Shown: positions 27,669 through 36,239, numbered from the stretch's first letter. The stretch is DNA of 49,773 nt from Candidatus Magasanikiibacteriota bacterium (GCA_046590235.1 JBKJTY010000021.1:1-49773); one strand, 5' to 3'. A program made the numbers and translations. The notes: a model not told the origin generated them from the letters alone.

Positions 27669-28106
27669 ATGGATCTCAATCAGCACATCAAACAACTTAC
27701 AAACAGTGGTGAGCGTTTAACCGCTGTCAGGCATGCTCTTATTGAAATTTTATCGCATAGCCACAAACCATTGGCTGTTCAGGAGTTGCTTAAAGCTCTT
27801 GATAAAAAGAGGCTTTCCGCTAATAAAACCACTGTTTATCGACAATTAGCGGCTATGATGCGTTCTAACGTTATCGAAGAAGTTCGTTTAACTGACCGAA
27901 GTGTTCGCTACGAGCTGGCAGAAAACAAACACCACCATCACCTCGTTTGTCTAAAATGCCACAAGATAGAAGATGTAAGTTTTGATGAAGACTTTGGACG
28001 CCAAGAAAAAATTATCAAGAAAAAAACAGGTTTCACTATTACACAGCATTCATTAGAATTCTTCGGACTTTGCGCCGAATGTCAAAAGAAATATGCAAAA
28101 AAATAA
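27669..28106 (+). CDS. zur: Fur-family regulator, probably Zur
   Basis: TTVYRQL, HHHHLVCLKC, FFGLCAEC; first gene of a znuACB-like operon. Confidence 0.85.
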   Translation: MDLNQHIKQLTNSGERLTAVRHALIEILSHSHKPLAVQELLKALDKKRLSANKTTVYRQLAAMMRSNVIEEVRLTDRSVRYELAENKHHHHLVCLKCHKIEDVSFDEDFGRQEKIIKKKTGFTITQHSLEFFGLCAECQKKYAKK

Positions 28107-28998
28107 CAAACATATTAGTTTAATCATAATCGGAGTCTTATTGTTATCTGGCTGTGCCCATAACAACGCTGCTTCTGATGGAAAATTACGGGTGGTCACA
28201 TCATTTTACCCGCTCTATTACTTTGCTTCAGAAATAGCTGGAGATAAAGGTGTGGTAAGAAATATTACCCCTGCTGGAGCTGAGCCGCATGATTATGAAC
28301 CGACCGGTCAAGATGTCGCGGCTATTGAAGATAGCCAATTGTTAATCTTAAATGGTGCCAAGTTGGAATCATGGGCCGCAGATATACATGAGCGTGTAGG
28401 TACTAAAACGGAGATCGTTACTGTGGGAGACGCCTTGGCTACGAGAAAAATTGAAGAAGATGGAGAAGTGGTTACAGATCCGCACATCTGGCTTGATCCA
28501 GCACTCGCTAAGCAAGAAGTCGCCACAATTTTAGAAGGATTTTTACGTGTTGATCCGGCCAACCAAGAATATTATAAAAATAACGCAACAAAGTTATTAA
28601 ATGAGCTTGATGCTCTAGATTCCAGCTATAACGCTGGGTTAGAACACTGCAAAACAAGAGATTTAGTCACTTCGCATGCCGCTTTTGGCTACTTAACAGG
28701 TAAATATAAGCTTAACCAGATTTCAATTTCAGGCTTATCGCCCGATGAAGAACCGTCAGCAAAAAGATTGGCAGAAATTGCTGAGTATGCCCGAAAGAAT
28801 AACGTAGGTTACATTTTTTTTGAAAGCCTCGTAAGTCCGAAATTAGCTGAAACAATCGCAGAAGAAGTTGGTGCTAAAACAATAGTGCTTAACCCACTTG
28901 AAGGTTTGAGTGGTGAAGAAATTAATGTTGGAAAAAATTATCTAACCGTTATGCAAGATAATCTTGCTAATTTACGAACTGCACTCGCATGCAAGTAG
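28093..28998 (+). CDS. znuA: Zn/Mn ABC transporter substrate-binding lipoprotein
   Basis: LLLSGC lipobox, EPHDYEP, DPHIWLDP, TSHAAFGY. Confidence 0.92.
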   Translation: MQKNNKHISLIIIGVLLLSGCAHNNAASDGKLRVVTSFYPLYYFASEIAGDKGVVRNITPAGAEPHDYEPTGQDVAAIEDSQLLILNGAKLESWAADIHERVGTKTEIVTVGDALATRKIEEDGEVVTDPHIWLDPALAKQEVATILEGFLRVDPANQEYYKNNATKLLNELDALDSSYNAGLEHCKTRDLVTSHAAFGYLTGKYKLNQISISGLSPDEEPSAKRLAEIAEYARKNNVGYIFFESLVSPKLAETIAEEVGAKTIVLNPLEGLSGEEINVGKNYLTVMQDNLANLRTALACK

Positions 28999-29750
28999 AT
29001 CATACGCACAATATAATTGAAGTTAACGATGTCTCTTTCGGTTACACCGACGAGCTTGTGCTTAAGGATGTCCAACTAAATATTCATAAGGGAGACTATG
29101 TTGGCGTCATAGGACCAAATGGTGGGGGAAAGACAACCTTGCTTAAGGTAATGCTTGGGCTTATAAAGCCAAAAACAGGCACTGTAAAATTATTTGGTAA
29201 AGATATTCGAACCTTCAAAGATTGGACTAAAATTGGGTATGTACCGCAAAAGGCGGTTCATTTCGATGCTCAATTTCCAGCCACAGTAGAAGAAGTGGTT
29301 GCTATGGGACTCTACGGTAAAGTTGGGTTATTCCGTCGTCTTGGAAAAGAAGATAAACTAAAGATTCAGTCTGCCTTAGATTCGGTCAGTATGACCGAAT
29401 TTAAAGAAAGACTCATTGGTGATTTATCGGGCGGACAACAGCAGCGCGTATTTATTGCTCGCGCACTTATTTCCGATCCGGAAGTTATATTTCTTGACGA
29501 GCCAACGGTTGGTGTCGATGTGCATGCACAAGAAGAATTTTATCGCTTGCTTGAAAAACTTAACCACGAAATGAGCTTAACTTTGGTCTTGGTTTCCCAT
29601 GACATCGATGTCGTGGCTAACGAAGTAACTGAGTTAGCTTGCGTGAACCAAACTATCGTTTATCACGGTAGTCCAAAAGAATTCGTAAAAGGTGATTACA
29701 TTAAAAAATTATACGGTAAAGACAGTAAGTTTATCTTACACGACCACTAA
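28989..29750 (+). CDS. znuC: Metal ABC transporter ATPase
   Basis: GPNGGGKTT, IGYVPQ, LSGGQQQRVFIARAL, LDEPTVGVD. Confidence 0.93.
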   Translation: MQVDHTHNIIEVNDVSFGYTDELVLKDVQLNIHKGDYVGVIGPNGGGKTTLLKVMLGLIKPKTGTVKLFGKDIRTFKDWTKIGYVPQKAVHFDAQFPATVEEVVAMGLYGKVGLFRRLGKEDKLKIQSALDSVSMTEFKERLIGDLSGGQQQRVFIARALISDPEVIFLDEPTVGVDVHAQEEFYRLLEKLNHEMSLTLVLVSHDIDVVANEVTELACVNQTIVYHGSPKEFVKGDYIKKLYGKDSKFILHDH

Positions 29751-29753
29751 AAT

Positions 29754-30551
29754 ATGCTTAGCTTTCTTCAGTATGGTTTTATGGTGCGAGGGCTCGAAGC
29801 AGGGCTTCTGATCGCTATTATTGCCCCGCTCATTGGTATATTTTTAGTGTTACGCCGCTACTCGCTTATTGCTGACACACTGGCCCATGTATCATTGGCT
29901 GGTGTAGCAGTGGGTTTGTTAATCAACGTAAATCCACTTATTACAGCAATGGTAGCAACGGTTAGTTCGTCAGTTGCTATCGAACGACTTCGTCTCAGCA
30001 AACGCCTATACGGTGAGACAGCTTTATCTCTGTTCCTATCGGGGGGGCTCGCGACAGCAGTTGTTTTGATTAGTTTGGCAAATGGTTTCAATGTCGATTT
30101 ATTTAGTTACTTATTCGGAAGTATCGTAACAGTTAAAAAAGCTGATATTAACCTTATACTTGGCCTTAGCGCCGTTGTGATCGGATTATTATTTCTCTTT
30201 TACAAAGAATTAGTATACATTTCGTTTGATGAAGAGGCAGCTCGCGTTAGCGGTATTCCAACTACTTTCATTAATACAGTTTTCATCATGTTAGCGGCGA
30301 CTACGGTAGCACTAGCTATTCCAATCATCGGTGTTTTGTTAGTTTCTGCGCTAGCAGTCATTCCGGTGGTAAGCGCACTCCAGCTTAAAAAGAGTTTTGT
30401 AAAAACGATAATCTGGGCAGAAATATTTTCTATCTTTTCTGTTCTGTCGGGCATTATACTTTCATTCTATTTCAACATATCTCCGGGTGGCACAATTGTC
30501 TTAATCACCTTGGCAATCTTTGTTGCTATCCTTATCAGTCGAAAAAAATAA
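29754..30551 (+). CDS. znuB: Metal ABC transporter permease
   Basis: SLIADTLAHVSLAG, YLFGSI, SFDEEAARVSG. Confidence 0.93.
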   Translation: MLSFLQYGFMVRGLEAGLLIAIIAPLIGIFLVLRRYSLIADTLAHVSLAGVAVGLLINVNPLITAMVATVSSSVAIERLRLSKRLYGETALSLFLSGGLATAVVLISLANGFNVDLFSYLFGSIVTVKKADINLILGLSAVVIGLLFLFYKELVYISFDEEAARVSGIPTTFINTVFIMLAATTVALAIPIIGVLLVSALAVIPVVSALQLKKSFVKTIIWAEIFSIFSVLSGIILSFYFNISPGGTIVLITLAIFVAILISRKK

Positions 30552-30553
30552 AT

Positions 30554-30586
30554 AAAAAAGACGTTGCCTAAAGCAGCGTCTTTTTT
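30554..30586. terminator. Bidirectional terminator
   Basis: aaaaaagacgttgc...gcagcgtctttttt between znuB and msrA. Confidence 0.75.
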
Positions 30587-30594
30587 ATTTCCAG

Positions 30595-31128
30595 CTATTT
30601 GAGAAGGTGAGTGTATTTCTGTCTGAGCTTAGCAATCTTTGGGTTAATAACTGCCTGACAATATGGTTTGTCTTTATTTTGTTGATAATAATTTTGGTGG
30701 TACTCTTCAGCTTGGTAAAAAGCCCCAGCTTCTTTCATCTCTGTAACAATTGGCTTAGAAAATACCCGGTCATCAGTTAATTGTTGTATAAAAGACTCAA
30801 TCGCGGACTTTTGTTTAACTGAATCAAAGTAAATCGCTGAGCGGTATTGTGTACCGACATCAGCGCCTTGTTGGTTGAGTGTGGTTGGATCGTGAGAGGT
30901 GAAAAAGACGGTTAATAGATCGTTCAGAGTTATTATTGTAGGGTTAAAGTCAACTTTAACCACTTCCGCATGGCCAGTTAATTCGGCGCTGACTTCTTCA
31001 TATGTTGGATTTGGCCGACGTCCACCGGCATAGCCAGAGGTAACAGAGACAACGCCTTTGAGCATTTGGAAGACCGCTTCCATACACCAAAAACAGCCGC
31101 CACCAAAAATAATGGATTGAGTAGGCAT
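30595..31128 (-). CDS. msrA: Peptide-methionine (S)-S-oxide reductase
   Basis: GGGCFWCME, SGYAGG, HDPTTLNQQG.DVGTQYRS, AEEYHQNYY. Confidence 0.97.
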   Translation of the reverse strand: MPTQSIIFGGGCFWCMEAVFQMLKGVVSVTSGYAGGRRPNPTYEEVSAELTGHAEVVKVDFNPTIITLNDLLTVFFTSHDPTTLNQQGADVGTQYRSAIYFDSVKQKSAIESFIQQLTDDRVFSKPIVTEMKEAGAFYQAEEYHQNYYQQNKDKPYCQAVINPKIAKLRQKYTHLLK

Positions 31129-31131
31129 AGA

Positions 31132-31503
31132 TTAGACTTTTGGATTTTTAGGGATAAATTTTAACGAGACTGAATTGACGCAGTGGCGGGTATTTTTCTC
31201 GGTAAATCGTTCACCAACAAAGACGTGACCCAAATGTGCTTCGCAGGTAGCGCAGGTGATTTCGGTGCGACTACCATCAGCATCGGTTGTACGTTTTACC
31301 GCGCCAGGAATCTCTTGATCAAAACTAGGCCAGCCGCAACCCGAATGGAATTTGCTGGTGGATGTATAAAGCGGGGTTGAACAGCGACGGCAAACGTAAG
31401 TACCTTCAACAAAGAAGTCGTCATACTCGCCAGTAAAGGGCGATTCAGTGCCTTTTTGTTCGATAACACGCGCTTCTTCGGGGGTCAGAGGATTTAGTTG
31501 CAT
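31132..31503 (-). CDS. msrB: Peptide-methionine (R)-S-oxide reductase
   Basis: [30 protein letters not shown]; two CxxC. Confidence 0.97.
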   Translation of the reverse strand: MQLNPLTPEEARVIEQKGTESPFTGEYDDFFVEGTYVCRRCSTPLYTSTSKFHSGCGWPSFDQEIPGAVKRTTDADGSRTEITCATCEAHLGHVFVGERFTEKNTRHCVNSVSLKFIPKNPKV

Positions 31504-31509
31504 AACCAA

Positions 31510-34053
31510 TTATTTTTTCTTATTAACAATGATAAGTATAATAACTCCGGCTAGGGTGAAAGTACAGAGAGCTGCAAGCGTAGCACCAATGGCTAATTTA
31601 TGCTCAGAGATAAACGTGAAGATTGAAAATGCTTTTTTGAGAGGTAAGACGGCAGGGCTAGCTCGAAATGGAGAGGCGGTGGTTGGGGTGGAGGTACTAA
31701 TGCGGGTAACAGGTGATATGCGCTCAGCAATCCAGCTAACGACAGCTCCTTGTTCGGGAGAAACAGCGGTATTCGCTATGCTTGCTGGAGTAGACCGAGC
31801 AATGGTGGCTGTTGTGCGTGGGCGCGCGGCGGTTCGGGTTGATCCAGTGCTACCACCACTTGATACTCGGGGAGCTGGTGCGAGTGGGGAATCTGAAGAT
31901 TCGCTGTCAGAACTAGAATCATCGGACTGGCTATCGCCTAGACTAGCATCATCAGAAACGTCATCATCAGCGTATTCATTCGAAGTATCACTGCTGCTTG
32001 TGTCAGTATAGTCGTCTGTGTCTTTCGGCACTTCCTCAGAAACATCAATGTCATCAGCGTAACTCGAGTTATCACTAATAGGATCATCAGAAGAAGTATC
32101 TTCGGCTTCATCATCATCCTGGTCGATGGTATTTGATGGGACATCATTATTTGCACTGTATCCACTGTCATCAGCGTCGTCTGCTTCGTCAATATTTTCG
32201 TTTAGCTGAGCAAAGCTCCATGTTTGTTGTTTAGTAGTGTAACGATAGTTACTATCGTAACAAATAAAGGTAAAATTGTGAGAACCGCTAGGTACGACTA
32301 CATCGGTCATTTCATAAATGTGTAGACCAGCTGACTCAAATTCACCTGCATCTTGGTTATCAATTAAGGCGCCGCAGGTTAAGCTATCAGTGTTACCGCC
32401 GGTTGCATTGATAGTAATCGTAAAAGGATTGGTGTCGGAACCGCTGCGGCTAACTGAGTTAATAGTTGGGCTTAAAACAAGGTTTTGCGTAGTAGGGGAA
32501 GCAACAGTGACTTGCTTACTGCCTGAAGCCGAAACACCTGCTGCATTAGTACATTTTACTACTACAGCATGAGTGCCTGTAGTGAGGGGTAATGATGTAG
32601 AGAAGACGCCAGTATCAGTACCTGTTTCATTCATTACACCTTTATTTGTTCCATTAACATAGACAGCGCATTTTTTTTCGAGTACGGAAGCGCTTTCATT
32701 ACAAAAAGGCGCAGAAGCTGAGATGGTCCATTGACCAGCTGAGTTACTTGCGGCGTTAACAATAACGGAAGGGGTTGGTGCCGCCGTCCAATAAACTGAA
32801 TCCGAAGCGCTATTACTATAATAATCGTAGCAATTAACAATTGCTTCGTGTTCACCGGTGGTTATATTTGTTGTGAAAGTAAATGCTTTGCGATTTAAAG
32901 GTGCACTTGTACTTTTTATCATGGCGACAGCCTCAGCACGGTCAATCCGCAAAGAACAGTTATCGGTGTTTAAAGATGTGATAACGGTTAGCGTTCGGCT
33001 ACCTATATTTTTACTATCAATTGTTAAGCCATAAGTCTGATTCCCAAATTCTGTTTCCGGAACACTTGTGGCAGTCCAATTATAATGTTTGACAGCACCG
33101 TTACTCAATTGATCATAGCATTGGACTGTCGCCTCATTGCTGCCAGCGGCAATAAAAGTAGTTAACGAAAATAGTGCTTTACCGGTTGAAGGAACGGTCG
33201 AGCTTTTCTCCATCGCCCGGTCAGTGATATCTGGACCGTCGTTGTTGCTATAGCGGAATTTACATGAAACGGTATTAGCAGAAACTTCAGCATACATTAT
33301 TTGGTTAAAGCTAGATTTTTGATTCGCAGGATATACTTTATAAATAGTAACACCGCTATCATCAATTACTGGTGGCGGGGTAGATGCGGGCGCTGTAGCA
33401 ATCCAGTCATAATGTCTTACTGCCCCATTACTGTAATAGTCATAACACTGCACTGTTGCTGAGTGATTTCCTGCAGCAATAGTGACTGCTTTAGTAAATA
33501 TAAACTTACCATCAGTAGGGGTTGATTTTTTTATCATAGCCCCATGATCGGTACTGTCGATTCGCAAATTACAGTTATTTGTATTTAAGGCTCCAGCAAC
33601 AGAAAAAGTTCGAGCACCAGGAAGTTCGCTATCAATTTTTACAGTATAGATGGTAACACCAAATTCCATTTCAGGCGTTTCAACCGCTTTCCAGTCATAG
33701 TATTTTACTGCGCCATTACCAAGCTGATCATAGCATTGCACAGTCGCAGAATTACTACCTGCCGGTATAAAAGTGGTGAGTGAAAATAGTAATCGCCCAG
33801 GTTGAGGAATTGTCACGCTTTTCTTCATTGGAACATTGCCGCTGTAAGAACCTCCATTATTTTTATATTTAAAGTTGCAAGAAACGGTATCACTAGAAAC
33901 TTCAGCATTAACAACCTGGCTAAAACTTGCGTTCAGATTTGCGGTGGAGACACTATAAATCACCACATCCGCTTGAGCCGGCTTAGAAAGTGACAGAAAA
34001 AAGAGTGTAAATAAAAAAAACGCTGATTTTTTAGACCAATGAGAAAAAAACAT
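31510..34053 (-). CDS. Large surface protein with repeated 2-Cys beta modules, acidic stalk and C-terminal TM anchor
   Basis: Signal peptide; ~100-aa modules ending ATVQCYD..SNGAV..Y.W; D/S-rich region; TM followed by NKKK. Confidence 0.8.
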   Translation of the reverse strand: MFFSHWSKKSAFFLFTLFFLSLSKPAQADVVIYSVSTANLNASFSQVVNAEVSSDTVSCNFKYKNNGGSYSGNVPMKKSVTIPQPGRLLFSLTTFIPAGSNSATVQCYDQLGNGAVKYYDWKAVETPEMEFGVTIYTVKIDSELPGARTFSVAGALNTNNCNLRIDSTDHGAMIKKSTPTDGKFIFTKAVTIAAGNHSATVQCYDYYSNGAVRHYDWIATAPASTPPPVIDDSGVTIYKVYPANQKSSFNQIMYAEVSANTVSCKFRYSNNDGPDITDRAMEKSSTVPSTGKALFSLTTFIAAGSNEATVQCYDQLSNGAVKHYNWTATSVPETEFGNQTYGLTIDSKNIGSRTLTVITSLNTDNCSLRIDRAEAVAMIKSTSAPLNRKAFTFTTNITTGEHEAIVNCYDYYSNSASDSVYWTAAPTPSVIVNAASNSAGQWTISASAPFCNESASVLEKKCAVYVNGTNKGVMNETGTDTGVFSTSLPLTTGTHAVVVKCTNAAGVSASGSKQVTVASPTTQNLVLSPTINSVSRSGSDTNPFTITINATGGNTDSLTCGALIDNQDAGEFESAGLHIYEMTDVVVPSGSHNFTFICYDSNYRYTTKQQTWSFAQLNENIDEADDADDSGYSANNDVPSNTIDQDDDEAEDTSSDDPISDNSSYADDIDVSEEVPKDTDDYTDTSSSDTSNEYADDDVSDDASLGDSQSDDSSSDSESSDSPLAPAPRVSSGGSTGSTRTAARPRTTATIARSTPASIANTAVSPEQGAVVSWIAERISPVTRISTSTPTTASPFRASPAVLPLKKAFSIFTFISEHKLAIGATLAALCTFTLAGVIILIIVNKKK

Positions 34054-34117
34054 ATAAAAAATAAAAGCTAAAGCTAGTCATAGTATAGCATTTAACAAGA
34101 GTTTTTAGTACATACGA

Positions 34118-34190
34118 TAAAAAGCACACCATCTACAAAGTAGTAGATGGTGCGTGGCCTTTAGTAGTAACGCCTTTCCAATTACGTTAC
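34118..34190 (-). ncRNA. Candidate Zur/Fur-regulated small RNA (~72 nt)
   Basis: Lies between a strong promoter and a 12-bp terminator stem with U5; 5' hairpin GUAACG/CGUUAC; no credible ORF. Confidence 0.55.
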
Positions 34191-34196
34191 GCTTGT

Positions 34197-34225
34197 AGTA
34201 TATGCAACTGAGTTGCACTTGTCAA
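34197..34225 (-). promoter_or_regulatory. Sigma70 promoter with putative Zur/Fur operator in its spacer
   Basis: Minus strand TTGACA-agTGCAACTCAGTTGCA-TATACT (17-bp spacer). Confidence 0.75.
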
Positions 34226-34290
34226 GGAGCGCTGTGGACAGTATTAAACTGCAAGCTTATACGTCTATTATAGTGATTGACACTATATAT

Positions 34291-34680
34291 ATGAAAGGAC
34301 ACATCATTAACATTGACGAAGCTACTAAAGAAAATACAGACTACCGTCGTGTGTTGTTTACGACTAAGAATAGCCAATTAGTAGTAATGAGCCTTAAGCC
34401 GAAAGAAGAAATCGGGATAGAAGTGCATCATCTCGATCAATTTATTTACATTGAGGCTGGTAGTGGAGTTGCAGTACTTGGTGGCGTTGAGAGTAAGATT
34501 AGAGAGGGGGACGCTGTTATTATTCCACAAGGTGTTGAGCATAACATTATTAATACTGGTCAAAATGAACTTAAAATTTACACAGTGTACGCACCGCCAG
34601 AACATAAAGATGGGGTGGTGGAAAAAACTAAAGCTGATGAATACGAGGAACACTTTGATGGAAAAACAACCGAGCAATAG
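34291..34680 (+). CDS. Cupin domain protein
   Basis: YRRVLFT, QLVVMSL...EEIG.EVH.LDQF, IPQGVEHNIINTG, YAPPEH. Confidence 0.9.
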   Translation: MKGHIINIDEATKENTDYRRVLFTTKNSQLVVMSLKPKEEIGIEVHHLDQFIYIEAGSGVAVLGGVESKIREGDAVIIPQGVEHNIINTGQNELKIYTVYAPPEHKDGVVEKTKADEYEEHFDGKTTEQ

Positions 34681-34763
34681 GAGTAACTATTGTCCAAAAA
34701 AGCATAACCGATCGTCTAATAGATAAAAGGGTGTACACCCATTTATATTTAACTTATACTCAT

Positions 34764-34880
34764 ATGCCAAACAGAAAACGAGGTTCTGCGGCAATGGACA
34801 GAAGTAAAGTCCGAGAAATTGCTAAAGGCGGGCGTTCACGTGGTGGTAGCCGCGGACGTTCTAAGAACCAATCACGATAG
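34764..34880 (+). CDS. 38-aa KGG-motif general stress protein (YciG/GsiB-like; not in ORF track)
   Basis: MPNRKRGSAAMDRSKVREIAKGGRSRGGSRGRSKNQSR* matches the RGFA.MD..K.REIA.KGG pattern. Confidence 0.7.
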   Translation: MPNRKRGSAAMDRSKVREIAKGGRSRGGSRGRSKNQSR

Positions 34881-34927
34881 GCGTAGTAAAACCAACCTTG
34901 GTGGGTTGGTGGTGTTTACAGATAAAG

Positions 34928-34956
34928 AAAAAAATCCGCTCAATAAGCGGATTTTT
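34928..34956. terminator. Bidirectional terminator
   Basis: aaaaaaatccgct-caata-agcggattttt between the KGG gene and tRNA-Gly. Confidence 0.7.
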
Positions 34957-34964
34957 AATTTACT

Positions 34965-35039
34965 TGGAGCGGGCGACGGGAGTCGAACCCGTGTCACCAG
35001 TTTGGAAAACTGGGATAATAGCCGTTATATGACGCCCGC
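34965..35039 (-). tRNA. tRNA-Gly(TCC)
   Basis: gcgggcg...ccagt-TT-TCC-AA-actgg...gttcgactcc...cgcccgc-T-CCA. Confidence 0.95.
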
Positions 35040-35044
35040 ACTTT

Positions 35045-35073
35045 GTCCGCCATAGCTCTAAAGCGAAGGCGGA
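35045..35073. repeat. REP-like hairpin (TCCGCC.TAGCT..AGCGAAGGCGGA type)
   Basis: tccgcc-atagctctaaagcgaa-ggcgga in the tRNA leader. Confidence 0.5.
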
Positions 35074-35087
35074 ATAATTGTTCCGTC

Positions 35088-35115
35088 ATTATACTAAATT
35101 ATGCCATTATGTCAA
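35088..35115 (-). promoter_or_regulatory. Promoter for tRNA-Gly(TCC)
   Basis: Minus strand TTGACA-16 bp-TATAAT. Confidence 0.75.
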
Positions 35116-35240
35116 TCTGAAGCCGTGGGCGTGAACGCTGTGCATAACTAAGTAAAAAAAGTATTGTAAGGAAGTAATATTTTTTATATACTTGCCGCAG
35201 CATTTATTTCACATGCCCCTGAAAAGGCACTGGAGGCCAA

Positions 35241-35513
35241 ATGAAGATGGAAATCCTCGAAGAGGAAGTACGCGGTGGCACGAAGCGCAAGCGCATTGTG
35301 TTCGAGAAGGACAAGGTGGATGCGCTCCACCTTGCAGCCTTCGCCGAGCAGTGCGAAGCGATCTACAGTGGTACGATTTACGTTGAAGCAGTGGCCAAGG
35401 GTGGCATGCACTACAAGGGTGAGCTGCCGATCTACCGCATCAAGCGAGCGCTGAACCGATGGTTCGACAAGATCTCAAGTCGTGAGCCGTCGGAGGTGAT
35501 TGCCACTGCTTAG
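35241..35513 (+). CDS. Hypothetical protein (GC-rich orphan)
   Basis: GGAGG SD before the ATG; G/C-ending codons; no motif recognised. Confidence 0.65.
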   Translation: MKMEILEEEVRGGTKRKRIVFEKDKVDALHLAAFAEQCEAIYSGTIYVEAVAKGGMHYKGELPIYRIKRALNRWFDKISSREPSEVIATA

Positions 35514-35671
35514 CAGTGAAACAAGAAATAATGCGACGGAACGGATATGAGAATGTTGTTGTTTAGGCAATCCCGCTCCGTCCCGTCACTCGTGTACACA
35601 ACTTATCTTGCGTCCACCAGAAGAAAAAACAATCCGCCACAAGCGGATTATTTTTATTGCAAAATGTATGA

Positions 35672-36094
35672 TTACCTCCAGACCGCCAAGATGCCGCTGA
35701 TGAGAAGGAAGTAAACGAGGAGGTGTCCGAGGCTGATGTAATAAATTTTCCAAGGTTTATTTTCCCACAGCACGCTGTTAAGAAGGAGTGGAGCGGCAAA
35801 ACCAAGCCACATCCAGAAGCCGCCCTGCAAACCCTCTGTAAAGGTTTGTGCATTGAAGGCTGCCATAACGTGCGCCATCACATAGGACAAAAGGAATGAA
35901 CCAAGAAAGGCTAAGAAATAATATAATCCCATGAACTGGTTAGCTCTTACCGATTGGTTGCCAATTCTTGATTGTAGGAACGCCAGCCAAGCCGTTCCAA
36001 AGAGTGGTCTGGAAAACCAAATCATGCCGAGCGGCATGTTAAGCAGTGCGCACACGAGTACCGCCCAGATATTCACGGAAACTTGGAGTATCAT
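35672..36094 (-). CDS. DUF1761 family membrane protein
   Basis: VNIWAVLV...GMIWFS.PLFG.AW, GGFWMWLGF, LWENKPWK. Confidence 0.85.
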   Translation of the reverse strand: MILQVSVNIWAVLVCALLNMPLGMIWFSRPLFGTAWLAFLQSRIGNQSVRANQFMGLYYFLAFLGSFLLSYVMAHVMAAFNAQTFTEGLQGGFWMWLGFAAPLLLNSVLWENKPWKIYYISLGHLLVYFLLISGILAVWR

Positions 36095-36239
36095 ATATGA
36101 TAGTTAAGAGTATAAAGATACAGTACCACGCTTCAAGGGATTGTAAAGGCTAGAAATGGCCAGATAAGGCAAAATATGTTACCTTTAAAAGCACTAACAC
36201 GTAATCTACAGTAAGAGCCTTTAGCTCAATAACCCTTGT

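Noticed and set aside
34965-34985. att-site duplication proving an island at tRNA-Gly(TCC)
   Set aside because: I could not find a second copy of the tRNA 3' end in the window by eye.
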